Positions 18,487 to 26,395 of a DNA stretch of 32,000 bases are shown here, one piece after another; within the stretch, counting starts at the first letter, position 1, and every line of letters starts with the position of its first letter. A program made the position numbers and the translations under genes. Under the pieces are notes generated by a model. It was given only the letters and a program-made list of their open reading frames with translations, searched no databases and was not told the origin of the DNA. Origin of the DNA: Copranaerobaculum intestinale (lineage in GTDB: Bacteria > Bacillota_I > Bacilli_A > Erysipelotrichales > Erysipelotrichaceae); the NCBI RefSeq assembly GCF_009831105.1, contig NZ_WUUQ01000001.1, forward strand, positions 480,001 through 512,000, in the 5' to 3' direction.

Positions 18487-19443
18487 ATGAAAAATGTTGT
18501 TGTAATCGGAGGGGGAACCGGGCAGTCGATCATTCTTCGCGGCATGAAACAGCTTGAAAATATTAATCTTTCGGCAATCGTCACGGTAGCCGACGACGGC
18601 GGAAGCACCGGCCGGCTGCGCCGTCAATATAATATCCCCGCCATGGGAGATATCCGCAGTGTTATGTGTGCCTTAGCCGAGAGTGAAACACTTTTATCCT
18701 CGCTGATGAATTATCGATTCGAGGGGGATGAAAACGATGGTGATATCAGCGGGCACAACCTTGGCAATCTGATCCTAACCGCGCTGTCTCAATCCTCCGG
18801 AAACTTTATGAATGCGATTCAGGTATTTTCTAAGGTATTGAATGTCCGCGGTGATATCATTCCTTCGACCGAGCAGGTGATAACACTGTTTGCGACGATG
18901 GAGGATGGTACGATCGTTCGCGGTGAAAGCAATATTCCGAAATTTAAGAATCAGATTAAGCGGGTCTTTTACGAGGAAGAGGTCAAAGCTTCACAAATGG
19001 CAGTAGACGCCATCAAAAAAGCAGACTATATCGTATTTGGCATCGGTTCCTTGTATACCAGTATTTTACCCAATCTCATCATCGGCGATATCAAAGAAGC
19101 ATTAAAAAATAGCTTTGCGAAAAAAATCTACTTCTGCAATGTCATGAGCCAGCCGGGGGAAACCGATTATTACAGCCTGGAAAACCATGTGCAAGCACTG
19201 GTCGATCATACATTTCCGGGCATTATCGATATTGTGGTCACGCATAATAATGAGCTGAAGGAAAAAACCTTGGCAAAATATGCGGCGATGGGTTCCACGC
19301 CGGTCTGGATTCAGCAGGAACAGCATGACTATCAGGTGATCCGCCGTGATCTGCTGACGTTTGAAAATGGCTTGATTCGTCATGATTCCGATAAAATCCG
19401 TGATATCATGGAAGAATTGATCAACCATAAGGAGGTCATCTGA
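18487..19443 (+). CDS. yvcK: YvcK/GlmR family gluconeogenesis-factor (CofD-like UDP-sugar-binding) protein
   Basis: VVIGGGTG N-terminus, VTVADDGGSTGRLR and PGETD motifs. Conserved position between rapZ and whiA. Confidence 0.92.
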   Translation: MKNVVVIGGGTGQSIILRGMKQLENINLSAIVTVADDGGSTGRLRRQYNIPAMGDIRSVMCALAESETLLSSLMNYRFEGDENDGDISGHNLGNLILTALSQSSGNFMNAIQVFSKVLNVRGDIIPSTEQVITLFATMEDGTIVRGESNIPKFKNQIKRVFYEEEVKASQMAVDAIKKADYIVFGIGSLYTSILPNLIIGDIKEALKNSFAKKIYFCNVMSQPGETDYYSLENHVQALVDHTFPGIIDIVVTHNNELKEKTLAKYAAMGSTPVWIQQEQHDYQVIRRDLLTFENGLIRHDSDKIRDIMEELINHKEVI

Positions 19444-20378
19444 TGTCTTTTACAACGGAGGTAAAGGCGGAAATCGCTCAGAATGAGCTGACGGATTCTC
19501 AGATGCGCGCACAGCTTTCCGCGATGATTCAGATGTGTTCGACCCTGAGCTTTACGAATCGAGGCATGCATATTGTGGTAAAAAGTGAAAATGCGAATAC
19601 GGCGAAACGGGTATGGAGGCTTCTGAAGGAGCGTTATCAGGTAGACAGTGAATTATCCGTTATAAAAAAAATGAAGCTGAAAAAGAACAATGTCTATGTC
19701 ATTCGTATTGTGAATCAAGCAGCGGATATATTAAAGGATTTGGAAATCTTTACTGACGCGGGACTGCAGTCGCATCCCAGCAGTCAGCTGACGGCTAAGG
19801 AAGCGGATGCCAAAGCATATCTCGCGGGGGCATTTTTAGCGTCCGGTTCGATCAATTCCCCTCAGACCGCAAACTATCACATGGAAATTACCGCCAATAC
19901 GGAAGCCTTGGCAAAATATATTCAGCGGCAGATGAAGAAGTTTGATCTGCCGGCTAAGCTGATCAAGCGCCGCGCTCAACATGTTGTTTATGTGAAGGCG
20001 AGTGATAAAATTTCTGATTTCTTGCGCTGTATCGGTGCGAGTGATGCAGTTTTTACTTTTGAGGACAGTCGGATTCAGCGGGATTTTATGAATGCTTTAA
20101 CGCGCTTGGATAACTGTGAGGTGGCTAATGAGATGAAAAGTCTGAAGGCGGCTTCGCAGCAGCTGGAGGATATCGACTGGATTGAGAATTACAGCTCGCT
20201 GGAAGTCCTGCCGCCAAAGATCAAAGTCGTGGCACAGCTGCGAAAAGCATACCCTGACAGCTCTTTGAATGAGCTTTGTGATTTGTATCAGGAAAAAACC
20301 AGAGAAACCATATCCAAATCGGGCATGAAGCATCGATTAGGTAAATTGCGGGAAATCGCAAATCAGTATCGCGAATAA
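19443..20378 (+). CDS. whiA: DNA-binding protein WhiA
   Basis: MSFTTEVKAE N-terminus, degenerate LAGLIDADG-like middle (AYLAGAFLASGSI) and a C-terminal HTH (ISKSGMKHRLGKL). 1-nt stop/start overlap with yvcK. Confidence 0.93.
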   Translation: MSFTTEVKAEIAQNELTDSQMRAQLSAMIQMCSTLSFTNRGMHIVVKSENANTAKRVWRLLKERYQVDSELSVIKKMKLKKNNVYVIRIVNQAADILKDLEIFTDAGLQSHPSSQLTAKEADAKAYLAGAFLASGSINSPQTANYHMEITANTEALAKYIQRQMKKFDLPAKLIKRRAQHVVYVKASDKISDFLRCIGASDAVFTFEDSRIQRDFMNALTRLDNCEVANEMKSLKAASQQLEDIDWIENYSSLEVLPPKIKVVAQLRKAYPDSSLNELCDLYQEKTRETISKSGMKHRLGKLREIANQYRE

Positions 20379-20416
20379 GGGTACCGTAAAAAGCGCACAC
20401 TACTATTGGTGATGAC

Positions 20417-20962
20417 ATGAAAGTATTGTTGACAGTAGTGCTGGCGCTTTTTCCTTTGCTTCACGAAACCAGCTATCCAGCTGAATTTCAAAGCTGTTCC
20501 GCTGAGGGAATCTTTCTAAAGATCAAGGATGAAATAAGGGAAGTTCAGCTCTTTAATATAGTGATGAATGAAAAAGGTACCGGTCGCGTATGTAAAGCTT
20601 TGGAAGAAGCCAAAACGATCACCGTAGAGATTGATTCCAGCAGTCAGGTAGAAGATCCGCTGCCAGTCTATATCTTTGCGGATGGGAATCTGCTTCAGGA
20701 AGAAGTTCTAAAAAATCAGGAAGGGTATATTGCGGTTAAAAATCCGGAATATCGCTATGAGAAACGGATGGAAGCTGCGGCGGCCGCACAGAAGACCAGT
20801 GCTAAACAGAAGCAGCCAGAAACTGTCAAAGCACATCAGCCATCACGCGGCTACCGTTATCTGTTACTTTTTTTGGCAATCTGGATTGTTTTAGGGATTC
20901 TCTTGTTTAAGGACAGATTCCATAAAAAGCCGAAAAAGCATGTTGATAAGAAGGTATCCTGA
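20417..20962 (+). CDS. hypothetical membrane-anchored protein; extracytoplasmic domain resembles a catalytically degenerate SNase (thermonuclease) OB-fold
   Basis: Hydrophobic N-terminus, and a C-terminal TM (YLLLFLAIWIVLGILLF) followed by a K-rich tail. By eye, the core AKTITVEIDSSSQVEDPLPVYIFADGNLLQEEVLKNQEGYIAV aligns to the staphylococcal nuclease segment [43 protein letters not shown]. No terminator separates it from whiA. Confidence 0.6.
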   Translation: MKVLLTVVLALFPLLHETSYPAEFQSCSAEGIFLKIKDEIREVQLFNIVMNEKGTGRVCKALEEAKTITVEIDSSSQVEDPLPVYIFADGNLLQEEVLKNQEGYIAVKNPEYRYEKRMEAAAAAQKTSAKQKQPETVKAHQPSRGYRYLLLFLAIWIVLGILLFKDRFHKKPKKHVDKKVS

Positions 20963-20976
20963 AAGGAGCGTCTGAC

Positions 20977-21192
20977 ATGTGTGAGCGATGGGATACGATT
21001 GAAGTGCGTTTTGGAAACCGGATCAGAGAGCTGCGGATGCTTGCTCATTTTACCCAGGAAGAACTGGGAGCAGTTGCACAGCTTCACCGCAACTATATAT
21101 CAGATTTGGAACGGGGCATGCGCAATGTGTCATTACGGACGATTGAAAAACTGGCACAGGCTCTGCAGGTGGAGATACGAGATCTATTTTAA
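20977..21192 (+). CDS. XRE-family helix-turn-helix transcriptional regulator
   Basis: 71 aa. RIRELRMLAHFTQEELGAVAQLHRNYISDLERGMRNVSLRTIEKLAQAL is a canonical Cro/C1 HTH. AAAGGAG SD. Confidence 0.85.
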   Translation: MCERWDTIEVRFGNRIRELRMLAHFTQEELGAVAQLHRNYISDLERGMRNVSLRTIEKLAQALQVEIRDLF

Positions 21193-21214
21193 TGCGCCGC
21201 CGGCGCATTTTTTA
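21191..21214 (+). terminator. rho-independent terminator after the XRE gene
   Basis: AATGCGCC-gcc-GGCGCATT GC-rich hairpin followed by TTTTT. Confidence 0.8.
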
Positions 21215-21293
21215 TAGCTATTTGGTCAATTTCGTGTATAATGTAAGCAATACGAAAGATTCGGGATCGAAGGTTGAAAGGAGTGTCTTATTC

Positions 21294-21569
21294 ATGAACG
21301 CTATTATCTCTATTATAATCAGCTGTGTGATATTTTTTCTGATTATCACGATGCTTCCTTATCTGATCTGGTTGTTTATAATATTTGCTATCGTAGCAGC
21401 TATTTTCAATATTTACCGCAGCTATAAGATTCGTAAAATGAATGAACAGTATTATCAGGATTATCATCAGGAAGAGCAGTCATCCAGCTATACCTACACA
21501 AACCAAAACAAAAGCAGTGTGGACAGCGATGTCATCGATGTAGAATTTACCGAGCATCCTGAGGATTAA
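21294..21569 (+). CDS. small two-TM membrane protein with an acidic C-terminal tail, function unknown
   Basis: 91 aa. Two hydrophobic helices, then a Q/Y/S-rich linker and DVIDVEFTEHPED. Start ATG 21294 follows GAAAGGAG. The upstream part of track ORF 21192 runs through the XRE terminator, so I discarded it. Confidence 0.6.
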   Translation: MNAIISIIISCVIFFLIITMLPYLIWLFIIFAIVAAIFNIYRSYKIRKMNEQYYQDYHQEEQSSSYTYTNQNKSSVDSDVIDVEFTEHPED

Positions 21570-21572
21570 ACA

Positions 21573-22487
21573 ATGATCAGAAACGCGAAAAATGCGGATC
21601 GTCAGGTTATCTATGATATCTGGCGGCAGGTTTATACCAATATGGATCTGAACGAACTGAATTATTTTTTCAATCGGGTTTATGATCAAGGAAAAACTGT
21701 TATCATTGAGCAGGATGATCGAATTATTTCTACCCTGCACGCTCAGCCGCATGTTTTGACGATGAAGCAGAAACGGCTGCGTATCAATTATCTGCTTGGC
21801 ATGACGACAATTCCGGATTACCGCATGCGCGGCCATATGGGTGAACTCATGAATAGCATGCTGGATGAAAGCAGTCATCAATATCTCTTTACCGTTATCA
21901 AAGCATTTCATCCGCAGCTTTATGAGAAGTTCGGCTTTGAGACCGTGTGCTGGCATAAACAGTATCGTATCCCCGCTAAAGTTTTTCTAAAATGTGAAGA
22001 TGATGGAGTCAGCCGCAGCTTTACATCCCAGGAGTTACTCAGCTTATATGAGCAATTTACTCGGCATTTTGACGGTTATATGATCCGTGATCTGAAATAT
22101 TATGAAAATTTGACCCAGCGGGCAATGGGCGGTGACTGCCGAATCTGCGTGTACCGCAATGAGCAGGATGAGCTGACCGGCTATGCGTTTTATCGGGAGA
22201 CTGACACAGATGCGGAAGTGAAAGAAATTCTGTATATGGACAGTACAGCGTTAAGCCGCATCCTAAAATTTATCATTCGGCGCAAGGATGCTGTAACCGT
22301 AAATGTCAGTGCGGCAGAAAAGCTGGAAAAACTGTTTCCCTTGGCAATACCCCGCAAAATACCTTTCTTGATGGCGAAGCTTCATCAAAAGGAGCTGTTT
22401 AATAAATTATACGATGTGCATATACAGACGGCATCGGATGCATTTAAGCTATTGAACAAGCCAATGTATAATAATGATGATTTTTAG
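21573..22487 (+). CDS. GNAT-family N-acetyltransferase, short Eis-like form
   Basis: N-terminal GNAT fold (IPDYRMRGHMGELMNSML acetyl-CoA loop, YEKFGFE). The C-terminal region ends in ...NNDDF; a C-terminal Phe is characteristic of Eis. Starts 4 nt after the small membrane protein gene. Confidence 0.65.
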   Translation: MIRNAKNADRQVIYDIWRQVYTNMDLNELNYFFNRVYDQGKTVIIEQDDRIISTLHAQPHVLTMKQKRLRINYLLGMTTIPDYRMRGHMGELMNSMLDESSHQYLFTVIKAFHPQLYEKFGFETVCWHKQYRIPAKVFLKCEDDGVSRSFTSQELLSLYEQFTRHFDGYMIRDLKYYENLTQRAMGGDCRICVYRNEQDELTGYAFYRETDTDAEVKEILYMDSTALSRILKFIIRRKDAVTVNVSAAEKLEKLFPLAIPRKIPFLMAKLHQKELFNKLYDVHIQTASDAFKLLNKPMYNNDDF

Positions 22488-22492
22488 TAAAT

Positions 22493-22525
22493 CGTATAAC
22501 CTAAGGGTTATGCGTTTTTATTTTT
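22493..22525 (+). terminator. rho-independent terminator after the GNAT gene
   Basis: CGTATAACC-taag-GGTTATGCG (one G-U pair) followed by TTTTTATTTTT. Confidence 0.7.
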
Positions 22526-22564
22526 GTGAATTTTTATATGGGAAATGTATTCGAATTTCAGTAA

Positions 22565-22593
22565 TTGACATTAAATGGAAAAAAACGTACGAT
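22565..22593 (+). promoter_or_regulatory. candidate sigma-A promoter for the micro-ORF/lipoprotein pair
   Basis: Consensus TTGACA (22565-22570), 17-nt spacer, TACGAT (22588-22593). Confidence 0.45.
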
Positions 22594-22617
22594 AAAAGTA
22601 TCAAAGGAGATGATAGT

Positions 22618-22779
22618 ATGAAGCTATTGTTACAATCGGTATATCCTTATTTTGGTTCTGCACCTGCATATTATAAGCCAATTGTAGCTTATTTAGATTT
22701 GCACAGTAATATTATTGCCCAAGGAGAAGGAGAGGTATGGGAAGTACATTCTCCGGGTCCAATGAGTATCAATGATTAA
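22618..22779 (+). pseudogene. 53-codon ORF resembling the C-terminal half of a GyrI-like (SOUL/AraC-effector-binding) domain; possible gene remnant or micro-protein
   Basis: AAAGGAG SD. The pattern YFGSAPAYYKPIVAYLDLHSNIIAQGEGEVWEVHSPGP matches the G-Y-x-L-x-x-Y-x-x-L-x-W-(x)n-G-x-x-x-E-x-Y pattern seen at the end of GyrI-like domains, but it is only about one third of a full domain. 8-nt overlap with the next gene. Confidence 0.3.
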
Positions 22780-23302
22780 CTTAAAAAAATTTTCGCTATT
22801 GTTGTTCATGGTTATCACGATGACCTCGTGTTCTTCTCCGCCCAAAGCTTTACACCCAGAGGATTTTCATTCTGATATATCAACAGTAAATCAAAATGTT
22901 GAGGCAGCTAATGAAACAATTCCTAATGACTCACAACATATGAAGTTTCAATCTTTAAAGAAAAATGAGGATGACTCCTATGTGATGACATATACGATGA
23001 ATGATAAGTTTGTTTCGATATTTTACTTTCATTCCGATCAAAGCTTATATAAGGTTATTCTCGGAAATTCCAAACAAGATCCTTACGAGTATTCAGAAGT
23101 AGGTGTTCCGCTTTCGATAATTATGGCTTATTTTGTTCTTGGTGACACAATACCGGAAGACCGTGATATTGAAAATATATCAATTTTTCTGATTTCCTGT
23201 GTGAAAGACGGCCAATTAGAGATTAAAACCAATGCATATATTTATCAATTCGAAAAAAGTTTCAAGAATCAGACAATTACAATTCATATACAAGAATCAT
23301 AA
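22772..23302 (+). CDS. putative lipoprotein, function unknown
   Basis: Signal peptide with lipobox-like ITMTSC, then an S/P-rich linker. No recognisable domain. Visibly AT-rich. Confidence 0.65.
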   Translation: MINLKKFSLLLFMVITMTSCSSPPKALHPEDFHSDISTVNQNVEAANETIPNDSQHMKFQSLKKNEDDSYVMTYTMNDKFVSIFYFHSDQSLYKVILGNSKQDPYEYSEVGVPLSIIMAYFVLGDTIPEDRDIENISIFLISCVKDGQLEIKTNAYIYQFEKSFKNQTITIHIQES

Positions 23303-23333
23303 AAAAACCCTGATTTCAAGTCAGGGTTTAGCT
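23301..23333. terminator. bidirectional rho-independent terminator shared by convergent genes
   Basis: AAACCCTGA-tttcaag-TCAGGGTTT, flanked by A7 on the left and a T-rich stretch on the right. Confidence 0.75.
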
Positions 23334-23948
23334 TTATTTCTTTTTCTTTTGTTCCGCAAGCTTCTCGGCTTTTCTGCCTTTACGCGGGCCGGTATCCGTA
23401 GTAAAATCCGGATGTCTGCGCTTGTACATGATCGACGCGATCTGTACCCCTGCCATAACTAAGCCGGCAGCCGAAACACCATAGCTGACAATCAGCATGA
23501 TCTGAGAAAATTTTTGGTCGTATGCATTTAGTACGAATAAAATGGCGAAAGCGACAAATAACGCTACTTTCATCCATTGACGGCCAACTGATTCCTGGCT
23601 CATCATCTGTATTCTTGTGAATTTGTGCTGCGGTTCAAAGTCCATGATTTGAATACAGGACGGCAGAAATTTCATACGAAATGTGTATTCCATTAACAGA
23701 ATAACTGCGATGCCCACCCCTATGCATAGGAAGATATTCAAGCCCCAGTCCAGCGTATACAGCAAAACTGCGGCGACAAATCCTAAAAAGTAACGGAAAT
23801 TCAATGTCGAGTATTTTCCCATTTTATCATCGGTTATTACGTAGCCGATGCGTTTGCGGGAATTGTAGTAAACGTAACGGTTCAGGTTGTCTTTATAGAT
23901 GTTTCTACCGGATAAAGTAGCCTCCCGTGATTTTTTGTCTAGCGCCAT
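23334..23948 (-). CDS. hypothetical polytopic membrane protein with a lysine-rich C-terminus
   Basis: About 204 aa, about 4 hydrophobic segments, tail RKGRKAEKLAEQKKKK. ATG at 23948 follows GAGGTGA; the track start 23957 is a GTG inside that SD. Confidence 0.6.
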   Translation of the reverse strand: MALDKKSREATLSGRNIYKDNLNRYVYYNSRKRIGYVITDDKMGKYSTLNFRYFLGFVAAVLLYTLDWGLNIFLCIGVGIAVILLMEYTFRMKFLPSCIQIMDFEPQHKFTRIQMMSQESVGRQWMKVALFVAFAILFVLNAYDQKFSQIMLIVSYGVSAAGLVMAGVQIASIMYKRRHPDFTTDTGPRKGRKAEKLAEQKKKK

Positions 23949-24059
23949 TTCACTCACCTCTGTCCCTTATTATATATGGAAAACGCTTACTCGTAAAGAA
24001 AATAAGGAATAGAAATTAATAATCTTTTTGCACTTATTAGCAATCCTTATACTGATTTA

Positions 24060-24088
24060 TTGTTTTTTAAAATATGCTGTTCTATAAT
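24060..24088 (+). promoter_or_regulatory. candidate sigma-A promoter for agaS-EIIA-yajC
   Basis: TTGTTT (24060-24065), 17-nt spacer, TATAAT (24083-24088). Confidence 0.45.
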
Positions 24089-24130
24089 GCAGATGAAGAG
24101 CGGATAAGATTATCCAAGAAGGGAGACATT

Positions 24131-25306
24131 ATGATCTTTGGAAAAGACAAACAAACATTAGAAAACGAACACAGTATTTTTACCGCAACGGAAATTCACC
24201 AGCAGCCGAATACCTGGATGAAAACCATCAAGCAGATTGCTTCTATGAAAGATGAATTAAAAGCATTCATAGCAAATGTCACTTCAAAAGAGGATTATGA
24301 CATTATTTTGACCGGTGCCGGTACCAGTGAATTTGTCGGCAACGCACTATACTCCTATATTAATAAAGTTACAGATTTCAAAACGAAGTCCTATGGTACA
24401 ACAGATATTGTTGCGACTCCGGAAAATTATTTATCTCGGACGAAGCCGACCCTGTTAATCTCCTTCGGCCGTTCCGGCAACTCTCCGGAATCAGTCGGTG
24501 CGGTGGAAGCGGCAGATGTGGTATGCAAAGAAAACGTATATCACTTATTTGTAACCTGCAATGCCGATGGTGCCTTGTCAAAGGCTGCGGCTACTCGTGA
24601 TAACGCATTTGCGATCAATCTGACTCCGGAAACGCACGATCAGAGCTTTGCGATGACCAGCTCCTACTCGAATATGATGCTGGCTACTCTGTTGGCATTC
24701 TCATTGGACAACTTTGATGAAACCGTGAAGCAGGTGGAAATGATCATCCGTTCCAGCGAGCAATTCCTGAATAATTCTTATGAGACGATCCAACAGGTTG
24801 TCGCTGATTATGATTTCAGCCGTATTGTATATTTAGGCTCCAATACCTTAAAGGGAACGGCTCAGGAAAGCGCTTTGAAGATGCTGGAACTGACGGCCGG
24901 TAAAGTCGCTACAATGTTTGATACACCGCTGGGCTTCCGTCATGGGCCGAAATCCATCATCAATGATGAAACACTTACGGTTCTGTATCTGAGTGATAAT
25001 GCGTATACACGCCGTTATGAAATTGATCTTCTTAAAGAGATGAGCGGCCAGCGTAAAGGAAATAAAATCCTTGTCGTAAGCAATCATAGTGATGATGAAG
25101 TTAAGGCTTTAGCGGATTACTATTTTGCATTTGAAAATGATACAGACGCGGATAATATGTTCCTTGGCTTCAACTATATCCTGGCAGCTCAGGTACTTGC
25201 ATTATTTAAGTCATTATCTTATAATATAACTCCGGACAACCCATGCCCAAGCGGCGAGGTTAATCGTGTGGTAAAAGGCGTAATCCTTTACCCTTACACA
25301 CGGTAA
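24131..25306 (+). CDS. agaS: SIS-domain sugar isomerase/deaminase AgaS (galactosamine-6-phosphate deaminase/isomerase)
   Basis: Near-colinear with E. coli AgaS as recalled: EIHQQP, ILTGAGTS, LLISFGRSGNSPESV, DNAFA...PETHDQSFAMTSS, ALKMLELTAGK, GFRHGPKS, GEVNRVVKGV. Start ATG 24131 follows AAGAAGGGAG. Confidence 0.92.
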   Translation: MIFGKDKQTLENEHSIFTATEIHQQPNTWMKTIKQIASMKDELKAFIANVTSKEDYDIILTGAGTSEFVGNALYSYINKVTDFKTKSYGTTDIVATPENYLSRTKPTLLISFGRSGNSPESVGAVEAADVVCKENVYHLFVTCNADGALSKAAATRDNAFAINLTPETHDQSFAMTSSYSNMMLATLLAFSLDNFDETVKQVEMIIRSSEQFLNNSYETIQQVVADYDFSRIVYLGSNTLKGTAQESALKMLELTAGKVATMFDTPLGFRHGPKSIINDETLTVLYLSDNAYTRRYEIDLLKEMSGQRKGNKILVVSNHSDDEVKALADYYFAFENDTDADNMFLGFNYILAAQVLALFKSLSYNITPDNPCPSGEVNRVVKGVILYPYTR

Positions 25307-25332
25307 GAAGGAAAGAAAGAGGGACGTATAAT

Positions 25333-25761
25333 ATGATCGGACTTATCGTAACAGGACACGGAAATTTTGGCACTGGCTTAACAAGCTCATTGAATCTGAT
25401 TGCTGGTGAACAGCAGAACTACTATGCAGTAGATTTCACATCTGATTATTCAGTTGAAGATTTGGAACGTGATTTAAACAAAGCGCTGGACGCTTTAAGT
25501 GATTGCGATGGTATTCTGATACTGTCTGACTTGGTTGGCGGTTCACCATTTAAATCTTCGGTTATTCTGAGTACACAGCGTCAGAATGTTGAAGTCATCG
25601 GCGGTACTAACCTGGCTATGCTGGTTGAAGTGGCAATGGCCCGCAACTTCAATGATGATCTGCAGGGATTAACCGCAATGGCTGTAAATACAGGTAAAGA
25701 TGCGGTAGTACACTATGTATTCCAGCCGGTTGAAGAACAGACCTGCGAGGATGGAATTTAA
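25333..25761 (+). CDS. PTS mannose/sorbose/GalNAc-family EIIA component
   Basis: MIGLIVTGHGNFG with the phospho-acceptor His near residue 9, and SDLVGGSPF. About 142 aa. Confidence 0.9.
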   Translation: MIGLIVTGHGNFGTGLTSSLNLIAGEQQNYYAVDFTSDYSVEDLERDLNKALDALSDCDGILILSDLVGGSPFKSSVILSTQRQNVEVIGGTNLAMLVEVAMARNFNDDLQGLTAMAVNTGKDAVVHYVFQPVEEQTCEDGI

Positions 25762-25764
25762 TCA

Positions 25765-26043
25765 ATGAATTGGGTGGTAGTCGGAACAAGTGCGATTGTC
25801 TTCGCAATCATGGCAGGGCTGCTTATTCTGGTATATACCTTTATGAGTGCCCGCACGATGAAAAAGCGCAGAATGGAAATGGTAACTTTTCTGGACTCGA
25901 TCAAGCCTGGTAAACGCTGTGTATTCGGCGGCGGTATTCAGGGCAAAATCACAGCGGTTCATGAAGATACGGTAGATGTAGAAATTGCCAAAGGCATGAT
26001 CGTTACCGTTAATAAGCTGGGTATTTCCGACATTGTTAAATAA
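25765..26043 (+). CDS. yajC: YajC-like small membrane protein (preprotein translocase subunit family)
   Basis: One N-terminal TM, then the LDSIKPGKRCVFGGGIQGKITAVHEDTVDVEI motif typical of YajC. Confidence 0.8.
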   Translation: MNWVVVGTSAIVFAIMAGLLILVYTFMSARTMKKRRMEMVTFLDSIKPGKRCVFGGGIQGKITAVHEDTVDVEIAKGMIVTVNKLGISDIVK

Positions 26044-26049
26044 TAGAGA

Positions 26050-26077
26050 GGACATATGCGTGAGCGTATGTCTTTTT
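26050..26077 (+). terminator. rho-independent terminator after yajC
   Basis: GACATATGC-gtga-GCGTATGTC (one G-U pair) followed by TTTTT. Confidence 0.65.
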
Positions 26078-26395
26078 GTATGCAAGATTATATCTTGAGT
26101 CATGCTTCGTGATATAGCTGTTCCGCGATCCGATCTTATAAACTTATAAGCGCAGATCCACAAGCTAGTCAGCAGACAAGGATCTTGATGATTATCCGAA
26201 AAAAGGGATATTGCATATTTATGAAAAAGCAGCCCTGATCTTAACGAGCTTGCTGATCCTTTTTCTTGCATCGAACAAATTGAGATAGATAAACAGCTTT
26301 GGCAATGCCTTTTTTATTACGAAATTCTTTAGAAATCCTTAATGGTATTCATTTCCTGGCTTCGCTATACTGAAAACAGATAGAGGAGGAAATTT

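Noticed and set aside
25762-26271. 169-aa minus-strand ORF spanning yajC and the downstream spacer.
   Set aside because: It is antisense to the well-supported yajC gene and runs through its terminator. It has no SD and the sequence has no recognisable features.
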